NCBI GenBank assembly: GCA_036229005.1
Contig: JAZAMN010000041.1
Coordinates: 1 to 30,451, forward strand
Reading direction: 5' to 3'
Origin: Myxococcota bacterium
Lineage (GTDB): Bacteria; Myxococcota_A; UBA796; CAJQPC01
Length of the DNA: 30,451 nucleotides
Shown here: piece by piece, positions 25,204-30,451 of the stretch
Position numbering within the stretch: the stretch's first letter is position 1
Layout of the letters: each line of letters starts with the position of its first letter
Notes under the pieces: model-generated
The model's database searches: none
Told to the model about the DNA's origin: nothing
What the model saw: only the letters and a program-made list of their open reading frames with translations
Made by a program: the position numbers and the translations under genes

Positions 25204-26565
25204 ATGTCCCTGATCGGCACTCTGAACACTGGCGCCTCTGGTCTCACCGCGAGCGGCACCCGCCTCTCCGTGATCGGCGGGAACATCGCGAACATCGGCA
25301 CCACTGGCTACAAGGCCATGCGGGCCAACTTCTCGGACCTGCTGCCTTCGAGCATCGGCGGTCAGAGCGGGTCCAACCAGCTCGGCAACGGCACCATGGT
25401 GTCGACCACCATGGGGCTCTTCGGCCAGGGCAGCCTCAAGGATTCGTCCAGCGCCCTGGACTTCGCCATCTCGGGAGACGGCTTCTTCCCTGTTCGCGAC
25501 GGCGACGAGACCTTCTACACCCGCGACGGCTCCTTCTTCATGGACGAAGAGGGCTTCATCACGACCGGCGGCGGGATGCCCCTGCAGGGCTACCTGGCCA
25601 GCTCCGAAGGCGAGATCACCGGCCTGCAAGGTGACCTCCAGGTCAGCCGCACCGCGGTGAGCCCCCAGGCGACGACCACCATCAGCACCGACCTGCTGCT
25701 GTCCGCCGAGACCGAGGTCTCCACCACCGACTTCCTGAACACCGCGACCTTCGACGGAACCACGACCACGGGCACCAGCCTGGAGGCCATCTCGACCACG
25801 CTCGAGGACCCCGCCAACACCACGGGGTTCACCTCCTCGGTCACCATCTACGACGACCTGGGCGTGGGGCACGAGGTCCTGATGGCCTACGAGCGCGTCT
25901 CCAACACCGACTGGACCTTCAAGGCCTTTGTCGACGGCGCCGAGCTGGACAACGCCGCCTACGAGTCCGGGGCTGCGGTCGAGGTCGCCAGCGGGACCCT
26001 CTCGTTCGCCGACGGCGTGCTGGACACGGCAGCCTCCACGGCGCCCACCCTGACCCTGGCCGACGTGTTCCCCGGAACCACCGGCGTGTGGAGCCCTGAG
26101 TTCGACTTCGGGGTGGACTTCACCACGGGAGACGCCACCGGCGACGGCAACATCTCCATGGGCGGCACCGAGAACTCCATCGCCTCGATGTCCCAGGACG
26201 GCTTCGCCCCTGGCGAGCTCACCGCGATCTCCCTGAACGACGAGGGCGTGCTGGTCGGGACCTACACCAACGGCGAGGAGCGTAGCCTCGGGCAGCTCGC
26301 GCTCGCGGTGTTCGACACCAACACCGGCCTGGACCGGGTCGGCGGCAACCTCTACCAGGAGACCACCGGCAGCGGCGAGGCCGTGCTGGGTGCACCGGGG
26401 GTCGGACGCCGCGGCGACGTGGTCGGCTACACCCTGGAGCAGTCCAACGTCGAGCTGGAAGACCAGTTCGTGGAGATGATCGCCGGACAGCGCGCCTACC
26501 AGGCCAACTCCTCGGTGATCTCCACCGCCAACGACACCCTCCAGGAGCTGGTCAACCTGGTGTAG
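25204..26565 (+). CDS. flgE: Flagellar hook protein
   Basis: LNTGASGL...LSVIGGNIANIGTTGYK, LDFAISGDGFF, YTRDGSF, LEQSNVEL..QFVEMIAGQRAYQANSSVISTANDTLQELVNL; GGAG RBS; 453 aa. Confidence 0.96.
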   Translation: MSLIGTLNTGASGLTASGTRLSVIGGNIANIGTTGYKAMRANFSDLLPSSIGGQSGSNQLGNGTMVSTTMGLFGQGSLKDSSSALDFAISGDGFFPVRDGDETFYTRDGSFFMDEEGFITTGGGMPLQGYLASSEGEITGLQGDLQVSRTAVSPQATTTISTDLLLSAETEVSTTDFLNTATFDGTTTTGTSLEAISTTLEDPANTTGFTSSVTIYDDLGVGHEVLMAYERVSNTDWTFKAFVDGAELDNAAYESGAAVEVASGTLSFADGVLDTAASTAPTLTLADVFPGTTGVWSPEFDFGVDFTTGDATGDGNISMGGTENSIASMSQDGFAPGELTAISLNDEGVLVGTYTNGEERSLGQLALAVFDTNTGLDRVGGNLYQETTGSGEAVLGAPGVGRRGDVVGYTLEQSNVELEDQFVEMIAGQRAYQANSSVISTANDTLQELVNLV

Positions 26566-26724
26566 TCCCGGACCTGGCTCCCTGTTTCCCTACTCTTGGG
26601 GGGCAGGTCCGTCCCCTGCCCCTCCCTGTCCAACCTCCTGATTGTTCATCTGTGTGCTGCACGCCGGGCCCTGGACGGGGGCCCGGTGTTGCTGCTCTGG
26701 GCCCTGCGGTCTAAAACAGCAGCC

Positions 26725-27246
26725 ATGCCTCGCCTGCACCCGATGTTCCTGCTCCCTGTTCTGGCGGTCGCGGGGTGCATTGATGACCCCGTCCACCTGA
26801 ACCCACCAGACACCTCCCTCCCCGAGACAGACGACACGGGGACGCAGGACACAGGCACGGCGGTCGACGACTCGGAGCTGTTCGCGGGCCGCTGGGAGCT
26901 GGTGTTCGTGGACGACACGGACAGCGACGACACCTACCCCTTCGTGGAGGAGGTCTCCGGCTGCCTGGAGTACCGGGGCTGGTACCTGAACGTGGAACCG
27001 GACTTCTCGGGGACCTTCCAGAACTACCTGAACACGCAGTGTCCGGGGCAGGACCTGGAGGAGGAGATCCTGGAGACCACGGAGATGAAGGGCGCGCACA
27101 TCAGCGGGCGCGAGTGGACCATCCGCATCAACGTCTGGGCGCTGGCGCTGACCTGCACCATGGGCGACGACAGCGACAAGGTCTCCTGCTGGGGAGAGGA
27201 CGACAGCGGCCCCCTGGTGCTGGAGTTCGAGCGCCGGGCGGATTGA
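26725..27246 (+). CDS. Hypothetical lipoprotein with DTG-repeat linker
   Basis: Lipobox LAVAGC, linker DTSLPETDDTGTQDTGT, then a beta-rich acidic domain with 4 Cys. Confidence 0.7.
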   Translation: MPRLHPMFLLPVLAVAGCIDDPVHLNPPDTSLPETDDTGTQDTGTAVDDSELFAGRWELVFVDDTDSDDTYPFVEEVSGCLEYRGWYLNVEPDFSGTFQNYLNTQCPGQDLEEEILETTEMKGAHISGREWTIRINVWALALTCTMGDDSDKVSCWGEDDSGPLVLEFERRAD

Positions 27247-27305
27247 GCGCTCATCTGTGGGGTGGATGATCCGTTGAGCCTCCCGGGAGCACCCCGGAGG
27301 ACCCC

Positions 27306-28079
27306 ATGGATCTCGCAACCGTCGGCGGCATGGTCGTAGCCAACGGCCTGATCCTGACCGCAATCCTGCTCGGCGGCGTCGGCATCATGGCCTACGTCGA
27401 CGTCCCCTCCATCCTGGTCGTGTTCGGCGGCAGCGCCGGCGTGCTGGCGGTGGCTTTCCCGGGCGGGATGCTCAAGGACGGCATGATGGCCGGAAAGGCC
27501 GCTGTGTTCGGCAAGGCGCCAGATACAGGAGAGACGATCAAGCTGCTCTCAGAGCTGAGCAACACCGCCAGACGAGAGGGGCTCTTGGCACTGGAGGGGG
27601 CCGCTGCTGCAGCCGAGGACGACTTCCTCAAGCGCGGCCTGCTGATGCTGGTGGATGGTCACGAGGCCGAGGCCATCGAGTCGGTGCTCTTTGAGGAGCT
27701 CTCCAAGATCGAGGCCCGCCACAAGGGCAACGCAGAGGTCTGGGACGCGATGGGCGCATACGGCCCGGCGATGGGCATGATCGGTACGCTGATCGGTCTC
27801 GTGGCCATGCTCAAGAACATGTCCGACCCCGCGGCCATCGGCCCCGCGATGGCGGTCGCGCTGCTGACGACCTTCTACGGCTCGTACCTGGCGAACCTGA
27901 TCGGCATCCCCATCGCGGCCAAGCTCAAGATCCGCTCGGCCGAGGAGATCGCGGCGAAGGCGATCATCGCCAACGGGCTGCTGAGCATCCTCAACGGCGA
28001 GAACCCCCGCTTCATGGTGGACCGCCTCAACGCCGCGCTGCCGCCCAGCCAGCGCCTCAACCTGGACGAGGCCGCGTAG
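27306..28079 (+). CDS. motA: Flagellar stator A subunit (PomA/MotP-like)
   Basis: MDLATVGG, ARREGLLALE, FLKRGLLMLVDG, GPAMGMIGTLIGLVAML.NM.DP.AIGPAMAVALLTTFYG; GGAGG RBS. Confidence 0.96.
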   Translation: MDLATVGGMVVANGLILTAILLGGVGIMAYVDVPSILVVFGGSAGVLAVAFPGGMLKDGMMAGKAAVFGKAPDTGETIKLLSELSNTARREGLLALEGAAAAAEDDFLKRGLLMLVDGHEAEAIESVLFEELSKIEARHKGNAEVWDAMGAYGPAMGMIGTLIGLVAMLKNMSDPAAIGPAMAVALLTTFYGSYLANLIGIPIAAKLKIRSAEEIAAKAIIANGLLSILNGENPRFMVDRLNAALPPSQRLNLDEAA

Positions 28080-28082
28080 CCC

Positions 28083-28817
28083 ATGTCCGGAAAAGACGAG
28101 TGCAAGTGCGAGGAGGTGCCAGCAGGAGCCCCGCTGTGGATGGCGACCTTCTCCGACCTGGTGACCCTGCTGCTGACCTTCTTCGTGCTCCTGCTGTCGA
28201 TGGCGAGCTTCGAGGAGCCCGCCAAGGTGGCCACGGTCATCCAGTCCATCCAGACGGCGCTGTCGTCGGCCGGGCTCTCGCACAGCGCGCTGGGTGTGGC
28301 CGAGAACGTGCTGCAGGAGCCCACGGAGTTCAAGCTCAAGCAGGAGACCGTGACCCCCCAGGAGGCCCGCTTGCGGGAGGCCTTGGCCAAGCACGTGAGC
28401 GACCAGCTCGTGCGCATGGTGTCCAACGAGAAGGAGCTGCGGATCCGGCTGGACGATCGGGTGCTCTTCAAGCCTGGGAGCACCGAGCTGCACCCCGCGG
28501 CCTACGCCCTGGTCAGCGACGTGGCGCTGGTCCTCAAGGACGAGGACGTGCACATCCGGGTCGAAGGCCACACCGACGCAACGGGCGACGAGTGGCAGAA
28601 CTGGGAGATCTCGGCGCAGCGCTCGATGTCGGTGGTCAAGGCGCTGCGGGAGCGCGGACCGATCCCCGGAGAGCGGCTCGAAGCGGACGCGTTTGGGCAG
28701 TTTCAACCTGCATCAACCATCGGCGAGGCCCCGCAGTGGAACAGAAGGGTTGAGCTCGTGCTCAAGTCCGACACCCCCGGGGCCGTAGGGGCAGTGGAGG
28801 CCCTCCAGGGCCGCTGA
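28083..28817 (+). CDS. motB: Flagellar stator B subunit with OmpA-like domain (PomB/MotS-like)
   Basis: GAPLWMATFSDLVTLLLTFFVLLLSM TM segment with conserved Asp; VLFKPGSTEL, VEGHTD, NWEISAQRS..V, NRRVEL. Confidence 0.95.
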   Translation: MSGKDECKCEEVPAGAPLWMATFSDLVTLLLTFFVLLLSMASFEEPAKVATVIQSIQTALSSAGLSHSALGVAENVLQEPTEFKLKQETVTPQEARLREALAKHVSDQLVRMVSNEKELRIRLDDRVLFKPGSTELHPAAYALVSDVALVLKDEDVHIRVEGHTDATGDEWQNWEISAQRSMSVVKALRERGPIPGERLEADAFGQFQPASTIGEAPQWNRRVELVLKSDTPGAVGAVEALQGR

Positions 28818-28831
28818 ATGGAGGTCCCGCC

Positions 28832-29347
28832 ATGGCGGATGAGAACGAAGAGGTCGAGGAGGAGATCGAGACTCCAAAGCCCTCCAAGCTGCCCCTGATC
28901 CTGGCGGCGGTGGCTGCCTTCATCCTGGGCGGGGGTGCCGGATTCGGCGCCTCCATGATGCTGGGGAGCGATGACGCCGAGGCCGCCGAAGAGGGCGAGG
29001 CCGGCGAAGAAGAGGGTGAGCCAAGCGAAGAGGAGATCGCGGCAACACGGGTCGTGCTCCCTGTGGGCGCCTTCACGATGAACCTGCGCGGCAGCGGCGG
29101 CGGGCGGGTGCTCCGCATGGAGATCCAGGTCGAGACCACGACCGAGGACCAGCCCATCATCGAGGAGTCCATCCCCATGCTGCGCGACGCGGTGATCACC
29201 GTGGTCTCCGACTACTCCTACGCCGACGTCGAGGGCCTGGATGGCAAGACCCGCCTGCGGGACGAGCTGCTGGGTCGCATGAACTCCCTGTTGCCCGGTG
29301 ATGAGCGCATCCAGCGCGTGTACCTCACCGAGTTCGTGGTGCAGTGA
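28832..29347 (+). CDS. fliL: Flagellar basal body-associated protein
   Basis: Single N-terminal TM segment, FTMNL, PMLRDAVI, EGLDGK.RLRDEL..RMN, VYLTEFVVQ C-terminus; GGAGG RBS. Confidence 0.93.
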   Translation: MADENEEVEEEIETPKPSKLPLILAAVAAFILGGGAGFGASMMLGSDDAEAAEEGEAGEEEGEPSEEEIAATRVVLPVGAFTMNLRGSGGGRVLRMEIQVETTTEDQPIIEESIPMLRDAVITVVSDYSYADVEGLDGKTRLRDELLGRMNSLLPGDERIQRVYLTEFVVQ

Positions 29348-30240
29348 TGGCTGCAGCCGATCCGGAGAGCCAGAGCTCGGTCCTGATCCAGCCGGATCGG
29401 GAGACCGCGAGCATCCTGCCGGCGCTGGAGGACCTCTTTCGGGAGGCCGCCCGCGACGTGCGCACCCGCCTGGTCAACCGCGCCGGCTCGGACATCCCCG
29501 TCCGGCTGGGCCTGGCCCAGGTGACCACCCTCTCCGGCGTCCTGGACGACACCGATGCCCGCGATGGCGGCGTTTTCGGGCTGTTTCGCTTCATGCCCAT
29601 GGGCCTCCCTGGGATCTTCGTGGTCCAGGGCCGGCTGCTCAGCCGCATCGTTGGGGTCCTGCTGGGCGAGAACCCCGGCGCGGATCCTGCCCCATACCGC
29701 ATCCGCCCGGTGACCCGTGTAGAGCTCCGTTTCGCCCGGCGCATCGTCGAGGACGTGCTGGGCTCACTCGCGGACGCGTGGCCTCAGACGCCGCGACCGA
29801 CCCTGGAGCTTGAGAGCATCGGCCCAGGCCCTCGCCTGGCCGACTCCCTCACGCCCACCACTCCGGTGATCGCCGGCAGCCTGGACTTCGGCAGCCCCGA
29901 GTCCCCCTACGGCCTGCTCACCGTGGCCATCCCCGGCCAGGCAGCCCGCGACCTGCGTGTTCCCAAGACCAGCACCATCCCCAAGAGCCTGCGCACCCGG
30001 CGCTACAAGCCCGAGCGCGTGCTCCCCATCAACGTCGACGCCGTCGCCGAGCTTGGTCGCATCCGCATGACCATGCGCGAGCTGGAGGCCCTGCGCGTCG
30101 GCCAGGAGCTGGACATCGGCTCCGACCGTGAGGCTCGCCTGCGGGTGGGCGAGAAGGTGCTCTACATCGGTGATCCCGGCAGGCACAAGGGGCGTCACAG
30201 CCTGAAGATTGTGCGGAAGGCGGGGGAAGAGGACGAGTGA
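29347..30240 (+). CDS. fliM: Flagellar motor switch protein FliM-like, N-terminally short
   Basis: Follows fliL (TGATG overlap); PDR...LPALEDLFREAAR, IVGVLLG, RPVTRVELR, C-terminal SpoA-like VDAVAELGRIRMTMRELEALRVGQEL. Confidence 0.8.
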   Translation: MAAADPESQSSVLIQPDRETASILPALEDLFREAARDVRTRLVNRAGSDIPVRLGLAQVTTLSGVLDDTDARDGGVFGLFRFMPMGLPGIFVVQGRLLSRIVGVLLGENPGADPAPYRIRPVTRVELRFARRIVEDVLGSLADAWPQTPRPTLELESIGPGPRLADSLTPTTPVIAGSLDFGSPESPYGLLTVAIPGQAARDLRVPKTSTIPKSLRTRRYKPERVLPINVDAVAELGRIRMTMRELEALRVGQELDIGSDREARLRVGEKVLYIGDPGRHKGRHSLKIVRKAGEEDE

Positions 30241-30247
30241 GGGGGGA

Positions 30248-30267
30248 GGAGTTCGCAAGCGAACTCC
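30248..30267. repeat. Palindrome related to the hairpin after metK
   Basis: GGAGTTCGC-AA-GCGAACTCC; shares GAGTTCGC-N2/3-GCGAACTC with 75-93. Confidence 0.55.
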
Positions 30268-30271
30268 CCTG

Positions 30272-30451
30272 TGACCCTCCCCCCAAAGACTGGACCACCT
30301 GGGTAAACCACAAACACCCAGGAGCCAAAGATGGCGAAGCGACGGCAGTACAGCGTCGAGTTCAAGAGAGAGGCCGTGCGCCTCGTGCAGGAAGAGAACC
30401 TCTCGTACACCCAGGTGGGGCGGGACCTTGGGGTTGACCGAAGCGTCATCC
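30272..30451 (+). mobile_element. Left end of an IS3-family insertion sequence (runs off window)
   Basis: TG-starting terminus TGACCCTCCCCCCAAAGACTGGACCACC resembles IS3-family inverted repeats and is followed by an OrfA-like gene. Confidence 0.82.
30331..30451 (+). CDS. IS3-family transposase OrfA (HTH), partial
   Basis: Own translation MAKRRQYSVEFKREAVRLVQEENLSYTQVGRDLGVDRSVI fits the OrfA pattern RRxYSxEFKxEAVxLV...xxVAxxLGV; AGGAG RBS; not in the supplied ORF track. Confidence 0.88.
   Translation, partial: MAKRRQYSVEFKREAVRLVQEENLSYTQVGRDLGVDRSVI

Noticed and set aside
25008..25304. Extended starts for the hydrolase (25304) and flgE (25105)
   Set aside because: The two extensions overlap each other and the promoter region; family N-termini begin at 25007 and 25204.
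1..30451. CRISPR arrays, tRNA or rRNA genes
   Set aside because: No regularly spaced repeats or RNA-gene signatures were seen; intergenic gaps are short and mostly explained.

Overview
High-GC bacterial DNA; lipoprotein style, DTG-type linkers, a TIGR02147 gene and DUF4157 suggest a Myxococcota/deltaproteobacteria-like lineage (inference). The left part (1-17.4 kb) is a mosaic. It holds metK, a small surface-polysaccharide group (NDP-sugar epimerase, WecB/TagA, GT4) with a tandem-duplicated pair of Cys-rich lipoproteins, an FAD oxidoreductase/ECF41 sigma pair, TIGR02147 plus a lipoprotein, a YfbK-like vWA lipoprotein, and an aldolase-like gene coupled to a carboxylesterase. It also holds a 778-aa protein with an N-terminal DUF4157 (eCIS-core) domain and a C-terminal barnase/RNase Sa-type ribonuclease, with no neighbouring immunity gene. 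The right part (17.5-30.2 kb) is a flagellar cluster: fliJ, MotE/YlxF-like, a 1264-aa fliK, flgD, TIGR02530, flgE, motA, motB, fliL, fliM. Unrelated genes interrupt it, it carries repeated sigma28-like promoter motifs, and an IS3-family element follows fliM at the window edge. The best leads are the orphan DUF4157-RNase toxin (possibly behind a sigma28-like motif), the giant FliK, and a recurring class of ultra-short lipoprotein signal peptides. All family assignments come from motif recognition, not database searches.
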